Below are positions 1 through 13,100 of a stretch of 64,000 nt of DNA, piece by piece; within the stretch, counting starts at the first letter, position 1; each line of letters opens with the position of its first letter. Made by a program: the position numbers and the translations under genes. The notes under the pieces were generated by a model. It saw only the letters and a list, made by a program, of their open reading frames with translations. It made no database searches and had not been told where the DNA came from. The stretch comes from Chlorokybus atmophyticus (Eukaryota; Plantae; Mesostigma and Chlorokybus algae). Where the stretch lies: assembly GCA_009103225.1 (NCBI GenBank), contig RHPI01000575.1, forward strand, positions 91,317 through 155,316. The letters are read 5' to 3'.

Positions 1-551
1 AGCGAAGCGATCATCATCCACTGTCCTGCACAAGATGGACAAGTTTAGTACTATGTCCACCTCGTTTATGCAAACAGCTGCCGTTCAGTAGTGTTGTTGT
101 GTTGACGGTTTCATGTCAACTGTGCAGGAATTTCAGCGCGAGCATATAAGCGGTTAACAAGAGACTTGGAGGCCGAGCGTGCAACGGCCAAGCGGGTTGG
201 TCGATGCGCATGTGGCTGCCACCACACAAGGCAAGGATGGTTACTTGAGGGGTGAACGGTATCGTTCAAGCTTTGGCATCAGGAGGATGATAGTGTAGTG
301 GAAGGTCAACTAGCGTGTTGTGAAGCGAAGTTGTATGTCGCTGTGTTGCAGTGATGTGATGCGGGGCCGCACATGGCCACGTCACTGCACAGTTTGTATA
401 GTCACTGTTCTTTACAGCACGCGTGCACGTAGTGCCCATGCACGTGCGTGTGTACGTGGCATGTGGTGTTTGTACATCCAGCATACCACTGACTCTGAGC
501 TGAGTGTCGTACATGCCTTGTTGTCGTGCGTGTGTGTGTGTGTGTGTGGGN

Positions 552-2487
552 GCTACTTCTTCTTCTATTATCACCACTCCTCTTCACCTCAGCAACAGCA
601 ACAACAACAACACTCCAGGCTGGATCCCCTGTTAACACCAACCTTGGATCAAATGATACAGCCGCCTGGGCTTGGGACACCCCACAGCCAGGCACACAGA
701 TGCGGTAAGAACATCATGTTGGTTTGTTGCCTGTTGTTGTGTCAACTATGCTGGTAAGTGTTGTCAAACTCAAGTTGTTGCTGTGTGTCAAACTGTAGTT
801 TGGATGTGGTGTCTTTGTCGCCTTCACTCTCCTTCACTTTGATGAGTTCCTCTGCTGGCGGCAATCACACGCTTTCCTCCCTGACTCTCACTCCCAACAA
901 CAACCACAACAACAACCACGATATCAAGTACTATGCGTGGGCGCTGGTTCATGTCACTCAGCAGCAAGAAGAGGGGAGTTATGGGTTGACTGTGGCGAGC
1001 AATGTGCAGGGAGGCAATTACAGCCTCGCCTTGACAGTGAGTGTGGTTGCGTGTGTGTGTGTTTGTATGTGTGCGCGCGCGCGGGGTATACTGAGTGCAA
1101 TCCCTGTTTACCGCGCGCGCGTGTGGATGCGTATGTGTGCGTGCATGTGTGCGGTTGCATTTTGCGTGCATGCGTGTATCGTTGCACACATGTACAGTGT
1201 CAATGTTTGTTGTCACTCAGGCAACGTCTGCTTGGCCAACTGCGTTGGTACCCGGGTCTGATACCCGTGGAACTGCGATAGCGGGCCTGCGCTCGTACTA
1301 CAACATCGAAGCCGGGAGCGCATCGATATCAACGGGCTTCGTGCGTTACAGTTTTACTTTTCAGGGGTACTCTCAAACGCCGGTGTCGATATCGGTCTCT
1401 CCTTCGATTTCAACAACTTATCAGGAGTCTCACCCTCTCGGTCTGGTATCAACCACCCAGCCCGTGAGTGGGGTTGTGTACGCGAATGCACTCACGAGCC
1501 TGGACGCCTACATTGCCGGCATACTCGACTGCAGGCAAGTGCATTAACGTGTTGTTGCAACGGACACACGCCTGTGCGCCACACAAACGCACACATCCAT
1601 GCGCACGCACACGCGCATGTGCACACGCGCGCACACGCACACGCACCGATACCAACTCGCTCCGTCCAGTGCGTACGCGGCGATATCAGGCGTGTCCTGC
1701 GTCGCCACGCCACTATCCTACTTCCTGACTCTCTCTGCGACACAACAACAAGTGGACACACTCTCCGTCGATGCGCCGGCGTTGCATCGCACCAACACGA
1801 CGCTGTTCCAGTTGAGTGGGGTTGATGTTGATGTTGGTGATGTCGTTGCCGTGCGGGTGGAGAGCGAGAGTGGCGTGAGCGTGAGAGTGTATGTTGGGGA
1901 TGCGTGGACATACGACACAACAAGCGCAAAGGTGAGTGTACTCTCGCTGTTGTTAGTATCGACATGATGGCTGATATCAGTGCTTTTTCCAGGTGTATCG
2001 GGACACTTGCACTAACTGCAGCTTTGTCCTTCTCCCCGATATCGCTGGTGCTGCGGATGGCGTGTACATCGTTGTTACGGGTGTTGAGGTTGTGAAAGAG
2101 TTCTCCATATCGGTCGTGAGATTGGGCCCAGCGTGCGGCTTCCGACCAACATGCTCAGCATGTCTCAAGGTGTTGCAGAGGTTGCGCATGCACGCACGTG
2201 GCATGCACATGAACACCGCACGCGCACGTGTGTGTGCACACACGTGGGCTTGCGCATACACATGTGCATGCGCAAGCCCATGCATGACCAACCCAACATG
2301 TCACAGGATATTGGAGACGTGCGCTGCGAGTGGTGCGACGGCGTGTGCACGTCACCATCAGACTCCACATACGCCTCCCTCTCCTGTAACGCAAATGCGG
2401 ACACCTGTCCCGAGAGCGATGTCTGCACCACGTACACTTCCAGCAGCACCGGTGATATCGCCGCCGGCTGCGAGGCGTGCCTGACCC
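552..2487 (+). pseudogene. Truncated copy (end of exon 1 to the second PSI repeat) of the membrane-protein gene at 10146-14721; possibly an assembly duplicate
   Basis: Matches 10199-12134 at a constant offset of 9647, with identical ORF translations. Begins right after a single N (551), lacks the ATG, and stops matching mid-exon at ctgaccc (2487). Confidence 0.85.
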
Positions 2488-4590
2488 CGCATGCCGACAG
2501 TAATGTGTTACTGGGGTTGGCAACAATTTTTGGTGTGTGTTGCGGCTGCCCAGGCTTGGAAGCAAGAGCAAGCCACAAGCATTTAAAGTTTCTGGGAGGT
2601 TCCTTCCAGATGCTCTCCCTTCACACGACAACAGGTTTGTCGTATATGCACGCACATATGCAGACGCACTCTCGCCCACCTGAGCTTTCTGTCAACAGCA
2701 GCAGCATTCAACTTTGTACGGCAACTGCAATCTCAGGTGTTGTGCAGTGTTGTGCAGTTGCACACATCAAGAGTATGACATCGCTATTATGCCATGTATG
2801 AGCAGCAGCATGCGCAGCGGGGCGAGTGAGGACCAGGAACCAAGTGATTGATTGGCGAGTGAGGTTTTTGGCAACATCAGTGTCCAACGGGCCCGAAGCT
2901 TCAGGGTCTGATGCACTTCAGTCCCTTGACACAGCGCAATGGTCGGCACGCACGCAAGCCAAGCAGATCAGACAGCAGTTGGGTGAGAAAACTGTGTTGT
3001 ATATACTCGCATGCAGATGCTGGTGTGTGGAAGCACCTACAATTCTTCAGTCTGTACGCGCTTTGTGCTGTGGAGTGTACACAATCTGGAAAGTTTATTG
3101 GTACCTAAATGTGCTGTCGTAGGCATCTCTTGCGTCCTCAGCGCCAGTACAAGACTCCACAAAATTCTGGATTAGATATCTTCGGGAAGTGGACTAGGTT
3201 TGTCCTTTGACCATGCATAAGTGTAGCTCTAGTAGTGGACATGTGGCTGTTGTACATATGTTTGCAATCTTGGCGTTGCACGCAGGCAACAGCTCAAAAT
3301 GGCGAAGATGATGCATGTTAAGGAGCAGATACTGCAGTCTCAGAGCCAAGTTCAGGTGCACAGGCCCCTGGATGTCATTTGCAATGTTTATCTCATCTGC
3401 CGTGTAAACTGCAACGTGCAGGTTTGCCCCATTGATGTCTCGCCAACTTCTCTATCGTTGTTATCTTGAACAGGCGTAGGAGGCCGCTCGTTAAGATGAA
3501 AAACCCAAGAGCAAGGTGTTGAAATGCAAGTGCAAGCCGCTGCCAAAGGACCATGAAGCGGGAGTCAAAGCGCAGGGATAGCAAAAGATTTCGCACATAT
3601 CCATGGGCACTTAACTTCACACTTGTATACACATTCGCATTTGTGTGCTCGACACAAGTGTTGATGCATGATGCGATTCACTATTTGTGCAATTTGGTTC
3701 TTCATGTTGTCGTGCCTGATGTTGCTGCTGCATACTGCATGTGTAAGTATGCTGTTGAGGTGTGCGAGCGCGCGCGTGCGTGTGCATGTGCGCGTGTGCA
3801 TGCACGCACAGGCGCGCATGTGTGAGTGTGCGTGTGTGTGTTGACTGTGATTGGGTGCTTCGTGCTGGTGCTGTGTGTGCGTGCGTGTGAGTGTGTGCGT
3901 GCTTGTGTGTGTGTGTGTGTGTGTGTATGTGTGTGCATGTGTCAAGTGTGCGTGTGTCAAGTGTGCGTGTGTGCATGTGTACAACGTTTGTTCATTTCGT
4001 GTTGCTGGTGTACAAAAGATGCATGCATATGTGCATCGCGTTATGTGCTGTATAAGCTGTGATTGCGCGCGCGCGAGCGTGGGGCTGCATGCGCGCTCCT
4101 GTGAAGGTGCGTGTTTATGTGTTGCTGTGTTAGGAACGACTTGCCTAACTTTCTGAGAACCCCGATGTTCATCTATCTTATTGACTGTGACTTTCAATCT
4201 TGCGGACCAATGACCTAGCTAATCATGCGTGACTGCATCATGTGTGTCCATTGTTTCTTGCCATGGATTATCAAGATCTCAAATTACACAACTAAGACAT
4301 GATGTATTTCTTGATATATGTATTTGCATAATGTGTGCAAGATCGATTGAGTCATGATGCTATGTACACCGTGTATGAGATCTGACAGTGCATGCTTGAA
4401 GCTACCAAGCTAATGCCAAAAGCGACGCATAAGCAAGTGCACTAGCGGTGGTTTACTCGTAACATCAACCTACGTTGCCTCCAACCTGCTGATGATGCAG
4501 CTAACTAAAATCCGTAGAGAGTAGGCGCTCAACACCAGTGCTGTTGGTGTTGAGCGCTAACTGATAAAGCTTACTACACGTGTACGAGCT

Positions 4591-4702
4591 TTATGTGCAC
4601 AAAGGCAGGGTGCATCCGTCCACACGATTGTTCTGGCGTTGGAATGTTTTGAAGACGGTGCGTGCTGCATAGTACCGCAGTGGTAAGTACACATGAAGGA
4701 GA

Positions 4703-4791
<89 letters not shown>

Positions 4792-4792
4792 N

Positions 4793-4880
<88 letters not shown>

Positions 4881-5665
4881 CTTTTACCCTCTGCCGAGTT
4901 GACGCCGTGGTACAGAGCGTGTCTGAACTGCAACTTGACGCCGGAAGGACACTGCGCATACGGCAACGTCAAGGCATTAAGCAGCGCCGCTGCAGCCTCC
5001 GCCGCAAACACAATTGCCTACAACACAACACAAAGTCAGACGCGTGCCATACACTGTCCAGAACCAGCCAACAGCTCTCATCTATTCAACCAACCGACCT
5101 GATTCCTGCGTCTGTAGCTTATGGCATGTTCCATGGTGCGGTTGCCATAGACGCGCCTGATGACGGCCGCGTCCTCCGGGGCACGGCTCGCGAACGCCGC
5201 CCACAGCGTGGTGGAGAGCTTGATGCCACGTTGGTAGTTGCAGTTATAATCCCGCGATGTCCATTGATACTTGGTGCAGCCCCGCCGCCCTGCGGCTCTT
5301 CCACTCGGGGGAAACTCCGCTCTGTTCATGGAGGAGACAAGCGTAAGCATGAGTTGTGTTGGAGCTGGAGACAGACACGAATGCATTGTGCTGCTGTGTG
5401 TGTGGGGGTGGGTGGGGGGATGGGGTGGGGCAATTGACGTACGGGGTGCATGCTTGCTTGTAGTCCACCACGGTGATGTTGATGGAGCCCGAGGCGCTCT
5501 TGCCATTCTGCGTGATGTTGACGCTGATGGTTTTTACTCCCGTGGTGCTGTACCGACAGATCCCATTTTCCTGCACGCAAACAATGGAGGGTTGTGAATA
5601 TGTAGGCAAGCACATGTACACTTGTACGAGTGCTGCTGTGCGCGCGCATGCACGCATGTGTGCAC

Positions 5666-5749
<84 letters not shown>

Positions 5750-5750
5750 N

Positions 5751-5812
<62 letters not shown>

Positions 5813-7559
5813 ACCTCAACGGAATCAGCACCGCAATCAATGGTCGTAACATTGTCGTTGCAAGAGTTTACGTAGAGGGTCAAATCGACGAGCACGGGTT
5901 CGCCAATGTACGGCTTGGGGTTGCCAGAGGCTGCGTCCGCGGCAAAGTAGGTGATGATCGGTTGTGTGCTGCCGCGGACTGCGAGAGTTGTGTTGATCAC
6001 AAGCGGGGCCGAACCAGGGCATGGTGAGGGGGAGCTGACTCGAGCATAGATGGGGTGCGTGCCCGGGGTCAGCCGCAGAGCATCGGTGTTGATGTAAGGT
6101 GCAGAGTCATGCGTCGCGTCATCAAACACGCCGTCGTTGTTGAAGTCCCAATCCATAACTCGATGGTTGCCGCACGCGTCCACGCCGCCATCGCCATAGA
6201 GTCTCACGTCTTGAGTGCACGCAGTAACCCAGGACGGTTCATTGATGCTGCAAACATGCACGAACACTGTCTCAGCAAGGGCATATTGGCATTGGCACAG
6301 GGCCATCTCAGCTGCAACTCGCGGCGTGCATTATGCCACTCACTAGGCAAAGGTGCCGATGGTGGCGTTGCTGATCGAGTCAAGTCCAAACCACCACTTG
6401 CCCGTCTGCCAAGGAGTAAACATGTCACATGCACATGTGATAACACGAGGAGCCAACAGAGTATTTGCTTACGCTTGCTCACCTGGCCAACGTTGGAGAG
6501 CTTATCGAACGAGGCGCCGGCAAAAGAGAAAGAGGTGGGCAGCCGAAACGAGTGCACGCCATCACCGAGATTGAAACCCCCTTGCGCGTCGTCTACATGT
6601 GGCAAGCATCGCATACGGACACTGTCATTGATGCATTCTAAGTAGGCATAGTGCGCACTTAAGATAAGTGTTACACGTCACTCAAACACAAATTGCTACT
6701 CACCGCCATAGTATTGATAGGTTAGGTCGGGGTAGAGTAAGCCCACGAAGACCGTGCGTGTGTTAAAGGCTATCACCGCTTGGAATGTGTGGATCGGTGC
6801 ATCCGGAAAAGTCCCCAGTTCAAAAAGGGTCACCTGGATAAGAAAATGAATGAGACTCATAACATCTGTGCAGCATGCACACGCACATGCACGCGTGTTC
6901 ATACATTGATCCATGTCGCGATGAGCGCCGACTCGGCGGTGAAGCCGCTTGCAAGTGCTTCATTCGGGAAGGCGCTGCGTATGTCGCTGGTGATGCCTGC
7001 AAGGAGGTTGGTGTCGTTGACGGGGCGAAAGGCCATGCCTGTGCAAGTCCGGCAATCGGCGACAAGGTCCGTCCAGTACGCCGCCACCATGCTGTATTCA
7101 TCGCCAGGATCTGGGAACACGTGCGCGGAGGCGGCAAAGTTATCGCTCGCAACGCGGAAATGCACTGCCCCCTTCAGGTTCATGTAGGCTCCGCTCACGC
7201 CGGTGACGCCGAACACGGGCACGGGATAAGGCAGTGGGATGAGACCTGAAGACATGTCTTCGCCCCTGTGATGACAGCTGAATGAGTAGTAGTCGTAGTG
7301 GCAATCTACTGCCTCTGGCATTGCATGTGACATAGCTCAATGCACACGTGCTGACTGAAACAACATGCATTGCTGTGAGTGCGTGCGTGTCATGGCAAGC
7401 GTACCCCAAGATGACGGTGTCGCCATTGTCGGCGCCAAAGGGGTACAAGTCGTCAATGGTGATGGCGCCCACGTGCAAGCAGGCGTGCAAACCACTCAGC
7501 AACAGCACAACCAGCAGCAGCGGCAGAGACAGGGTAAGCTTCTCTCCAGAAGAAGCCAT
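4591..7559 (-). CDS. Spliced gene: secreted protein with signal peptide, NIDO (nidogen-like) domain, PKD-like beta domains and a C-terminal PDF1/FOCL1-like domain
   Basis: ATG at 7559 gives MASSGEKLTLSLPLLLVVLLLSGLHACLHVGA (signal peptide) then IDDLYPFG. NIDO-like motifs: MVAAYWTDL, ALIATWINV, TFQAVIAF, AQGGFNLGDG...SNVG. PKD-like: DWDFNNDGVFDDAT, YSTTGVKTISVNIT. In-phase GT-AG splicing gives the C-terminus GCTKYQWTSRDYNC...AAF...YGNRTMEHAI / EAAAALLNA...ALYHG / FKTFQRQNNRVDGCTLPLCT* (TAA at 4591). Confidence 0.8.
4705..4878. repeat. (GA)n/(CT)n microsatellite in the last intron of the NIDO gene
   Basis: Pure dinucleotide run with one N at 4792, so its length is uncertain. Confidence 0.95.
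5673..5808. repeat. (GA)n/(CT)n microsatellite, intronic
   Basis: Pure dinucleotide run with one N at 5750. Confidence 0.95.
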
Positions 7560-8416
7560 CACTCTGGGCACTGCTCAGGAAACAAACAGCAAGACCCTCA
7601 CGCTTGCAGTGAAGAAAGCTTAAGCTTAAGCTTACTTGCTACGGCGTCTAGTCAAGAGAGCGCCCAAACACACTCGCCAGTGCACGCGCACAGAAAGCAA
7701 TGCGTGCACGTACCGGCGATGGTGATGGCCTGCCGCTGCACAAGAGACAAACGCTGAAGTGTGGACGGACACTTGCTGGAATTTACCTTTACCTTTCTAT
7801 CTCTTGACAAGCGGTTGCATTGTCAGTGGAAAAATGACATGCAGTACCGGTATGTCTTGTCACGCATGCATGTCGGACTGCCAGTAGTAGGCCTATATAC
7901 TCAATTCCTGTTTCATCAGCCTGCTATGCTGATGGTTCAATGGGCTTAAAGACGCTCTCTCCCACCAGCGTGAAAGGCATGCACTGCAACAAGTGGTGCT
8001 ACTGACTGATGCAATGATAGGCCTGCACTAAGAGCAGACCAATGGTATAAGTCAACACCATTGCAGCACTGAGTGCATTTGCAGCATCCCCTGCCGATAA
8101 AGCAGCACGGAACAAACGCAGGCGGTGCGTGCGCTGATTTTCTTTGGCCGTGATGATTTCGTGACGCGTGACGACGTCGGGCATGTTCTGGAACAGAGGC
8201 AAAGCACTGCCATGATAGACGACATGAGCAGCAGACCCGGCAGACACATTAACTTACATGCTGCTATGTGTGAACGTTGAAAAGACGCATACACCGATAA
8301 TTGCTTGAATTTGATGCATATAGGTAAGTGTATATGGATATATATCCGTACATAACTTAGCAACCCTTGTTTGTAGTTAATGAAATTTATACAAGTGTAT
8401 GAGGCCAGAAATAAGC

Positions 8417-8418
<2 letters not shown>

Positions 8419-8476
<58 letters not shown>
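8419..8476. repeat. (CT)n microsatellite, intergenic
   Basis: Pure CT run. Confidence 0.95.
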
Positions 8477-8480
<4 letters not shown>

Positions 8481-10145
8481 GACATGCTCGTGCACGCGCA
8501 CGGGCATATTACTAGAGCTTCTCTTGCCTCTATCCCCTCACGCGTATCAAAACTATTTTTACCACCAAATGCAACGGTTCAATCGTGACAATTGTATATG
8601 TATTGCATTTCTTTCTTGAAGTCTCAAATGTAAGACTTGGAATCATTTTATCAAGTTTCTTATATTAATAAAATGTGCACAAAAATGTATAGCAATACTC
8701 TGTTACGCACGATACATGCAGCGTGTACAAATACGCATTAGCATGGACCATCAGGAGATGAGAGTCTCATTTTAAGCACGATCAACGGGCTAGGCACCTG
8801 TACACACCAGCCGCCTACTTCACTACCCTTGGCCCCATTACTGCTCAAACCCGTCAGTTGAGGATGCATGCATGGATAAGCATGTCATCCGAAGATGAGT
8901 ATCAGCTGCCGGCAAGGCATGTATGCATGTTCAACCTACTGTATCTGGTCCAGCTTCAACGCAACTCTACGCGGGTTACGAGCAACGAGCTATCAGGCAA
9001 GCCGCAAGCGCTGTCGCTAAGCTAAGCAAGCCATGAATTGGCCCAATCTATAGCTTACTTAGCTTAAGGACTTAAAATATCAATCATATAAATGTTGCAT
9101 AACATTGCTTACCGTACATCATCATGTGTGTGCTTGTCTTGGTGGTGCAATACATTGATGGCCAAAGAGTTTGTGGCATTGTACTGGTTAAGTTTTCACA
9201 TCTGATTTGATTGCCAAGGCTCGGCCTTATTGTTGATAGCTCCGATAGTGTGTGCAATGCATTGTTGTTGAGTGCAGCCCAAGCGAGACGGCATGCCAAC
9301 GCTTGCTGCGGGTTGCTACATAAGTTATTATATTTCTTCGTCTCGCATCAAGCAATGCCTCCGTTTCGATGTTTTCGCTTAATGGCAATAGCCATATGAT
9401 GCATCCTGCCTAGCAATGGCATGCCACTAAGTGGCCGGCATTTGTGTTACGAATATAAATTAGATGTGCCTCATGTGGACGGAGCATGTCATGATGCGTT
9501 GAACTGCACGAGTATTTAAGGCGTGAAGCATACATGTTGCTAACCGCCTGCCGTATTGCCATTGCATTGCACATAGCAGCACTTGAGGTAGCGAGTAGGT
9601 GGCCCCAAGTGTAATAATAACTGCCTGTGCTTGTTGTGCCTCTGCTTGCTTTGCTATGCATCACTACCGGTGAACGCATGTTTGTGCATGACAACACGAT
9701 CCACGCCTATAGGTAAGTTATACAAGGTGTGTGAGTCATGATTCACGACTCGTAAACCTACCGGTCAGCCATGGCATTGATTTCACACTCGTATTGTAGC
9801 GAAGGTGACGCTGACGTGTTTCGACTGCTGTGTACCGCCGCCCGTTACGAAAGACGTCACGTGACTCTGCGGGCGGCCTAACAACATGATAGCGAATGGA
9901 TTTGTTGATTGATCATGTGTTTTGGTGTGTAAGCAGAGTGGTAGAGATGGGTGTGTGTCTCACTCACATCCAACAAGCGTAAGGCCAGACTGCGTCACAT
10001 CAGAGCTTGGTTTACAAAATCAGTGTATTGTCCAACACACGGCTCTTTCCCTACACACAACTCAAGCGATGTTGATAGACAGTCTTCGTCATCATGATCA
10101 ATATAGTTTGTGTCATTTCCACTTGTGAGAAAGTATAATACCACA

Positions 10146-13100
10146 ATGCCACGTCCATGTCGATCACCTCACCATCAAGCTCTTCCCTTCACGTGGCTGC
10201 TACTTCTTCTTCTATTATCACCACTCCTCTTCACCTCAGCAACAGCAACAACAACAACACTCCAGGCTGGATCCCCTGTTAACACCAACCTTGGATCAAA
10301 TGATACAGCCGCCTGGGCTTGGGACACCCCACAGCCAGGCACACAGATGCGGTAAGAACATCATGTTGGTTTGTTGCCTGTTGTTGTGTCAACTATGCTG
10401 GTAAGTGTTGTCAAACTCAAGTTGTTGCTGTGTGTCAAACTGTAGTTTGGATGTGGTGTCTTTGTCGCCTTCACTCTCCTTCACTTTGATGAGTTCCTCT
10501 GCTGGCGGCAATCACACGCTTTCCTCCCTGACTCTCACTCCCAACAACAACCACAACAACAACCACGATATCAAGTACTATGCGTGGGCGCTGGTTCATG
10601 TCACTCAGCAGCAAGAAGAGGGGAGTTATGGGTTGACTGTGGCGAGCAATGTGCAGGGAGGCAATTACAGCCTCGCCTTGACAGTGAGTGTGGTTGCGTG
10701 TGTGTGTGTTTGTATGTGTGCGCGCGCGCGGGGTATACTGAGTGCAATCCCTGTTTACCGCGCGCGCGTGTGGATGCGTATGTGTGCGTGCATGTGTGCG
10801 GTTGCATTTTGCGTGCATGCGTGTATCGTTGCACACATGTACAGTGTCAATGTTTGTTGTCACTCAGGCAACGTCTGCTTGGCCAACTGCGTTGGTACCC
10901 GGGTCTGATACCCGTGGAACTGCGATAGCGGGCCTGCGCTCGTACTACAACATCGAAGCCGGGAGCGCATCGATATCAACGGGCTTCGTGCGTTACAGTT
11001 TTACTTTTCAGGGGTACTCTCAAACGCCGGTGTCGATATCGGTCTCTCCTTCGATTTCAACAACTTATCAGGAGTCTCACCCTCTCGGTCTGGTATCAAC
11101 CACCCAGCCCGTGAGTGGGGTTGTGTACGCGAATGCACTCACGAGCCTGGACGCCTACATTGCCGGCATACTCGACTGCAGGCAAGTGCATTAACGTGTT
11201 GTTGCAACGGACACACGCCTGTGCGCCACACAAACGCACACATCCATGCGCACGCACACGCGCATGTGCACACGCGCGCACACGCACACGCACCGATACC
11301 AACTCGCTCCGTCCAGTGCGTACGCGGCGATATCAGGCGTGTCCTGCGTCGCCACGCCACTATCCTACTTCCTGACTCTCTCTGCGACACAACAACAAGT
11401 GGACACACTCTCCGTCGATGCGCCGGCGTTGCATCGCACCAACACGACGCTGTTCCAGTTGAGTGGGGTTGATGTTGATGTTGGTGATGTCGTTGCCGTG
11501 CGGGTGGAGAGCGAGAGTGGCGTGAGCGTGAGAGTGTATGTTGGGGATGCGTGGACATACGACACAACAAGCGCAAAGGTGAGTGTACTCTCGCTGTTGT
11601 TAGTATCGACATGATGGCTGATATCAGTGCTTTTTCCAGGTGTATCGGGACACTTGCACTAACTGCAGCTTTGTCCTTCTCCCCGATATCGCTGGTGCTG
11701 CGGATGGCGTGTACATCGTTGTTACGGGTGTTGAGGTTGTGAAAGAGTTCTCCATATCGGTCGTGAGATTGGGCCCAGCGTGCGGCTTCCGACCAACATG
11801 CTCAGCATGTCTCAAGGTGTTGCAGAGGTTGCGCATGCACGCACGTGGCATGCACATGAACACCGCACGCGCACGTGTGTGTGCACACACGTGGGCTTGC
11901 GCATACACATGTGCATGCGCAAGCCCATGCATGACCAACCCAACATGTCACAGGATATTGGAGACGTGCGCTGCGAGTGGTGCGACGGCGTGTGCACGTC
12001 ACCATCAGACTCCACATACGCCTCCCTCTCCTGTAACGCAAATGCGGACACCTGTCCCGAGAGCGATGTCTGCACCACGTACACTTCCAGCAGCACCGGT
12101 GATATCGCCGCCGGCTGCGAGGCGTGCCTGACCCATGACAGCTGCGCGTGGTGCGGGAAGGAAGGCTATCCTGGTCTCTGCGTGAGCAGCAACATGTGGG
12201 TGGTGTCATGGTTATGTTACTGGTAGACACAGATGCGTGCACACGTTCATGCCAACACTGTGCGTGTGTCTGTGGACAGTGGCAACAAAGGCGTGTGTCC
12301 ACTGTGGGCGTTATCTAGCAACTCCAGCAGCAATATCACTGCCACATGCAACCAGCTGTCAACTCTCCCTCCAGCGATATCCCCTTCTCCTTCTCCATCC
12401 TCTCCTCCACCGATACCTCCTTCTCCCTCTGTATCACCCTCTCCTTCTCTCTCTCCACCATCCTACCCTCACGTCGATATCGGCACCCAGTGGTGGGCAA
12501 CCATCGCCGATACAAACCAGACCGCAGGGGCCGAGTGCGATATCGGCTCCATCATCCAGGGCAATGCTGCCATAGTCACGCTTGAAGTGCAGAGGGTGGG
12601 AGTGATGTCCGGGTCTCAGATGCGGATAGCGGCTGGGTTTGAGTCTGGTGGGATGAGGCAATCGCTTGGAATTGGATCTCAATATCAGATGTTCTCCATC
12701 GGGGTGCCGCCGATATCAGTCACTGCCCAGCAGCAAGGATATCGGAGTGTGTACTGGCTCGCAAGTGGGCAAGGAACAGTAAGTACACTACCTTCACAGT
12801 CGTGCTGGGCTTGAGGGTGACATCATTAACCACACACGCACACACGCACGTGCGCGTGCACACATATGCATGTACATGCACACACACTCTGCATATACAG
12901 GTGGGTGTTCTTGTTGGTGTTGTGGACAGCAACATCAAGGTGCCGGCTTACGCAAACAAGACGAGCGGTGATGGTGGTATGACTGACAAGCTCACACATG
13001 CATCTTGTGTTGGGAAAGCGTGTTGTATTGCATACTAACACATGTGTTTGGGCGTGACAGATGTTGTGATGAGTCAGAGAGGCTACGCATGCTGCGGCGC

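Noticed and set aside
128-283. Possible last exon of an upstream gene (GISARAYKRLTRDLEAER...)
   Set aside because: Short, at the window edge and without a recognisable motif.
2488-3632. Possible decayed coding sequence on the minus strand (LRR-like LQYLLLNMHHLRHFELL...CPLLELHL)
   Set aside because: Interrupted by stops, no start codon or consistent splice model, and no recognisable family motif.
3553-4197. Many overlapping His/Thr/Cys/Val-rich ORFs here and in most introns
   Set aside because: Produced by stop-poor (CA/TG/CG) alternating tracts; no protein-like motifs.
4574-5875. ORFs with long ER or SL dipeptide repeats (also 8052-8619 and 47433-47894)
   Set aside because: Translations of (GA)n/(CT)n microsatellites in introns or intergenic DNA.
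7999-8247. 82-aa minus-strand ORF upstream of the NIDO gene
   Set aside because: Mildly protein-like, but no motif and no in-phase link to neighbouring exons established.
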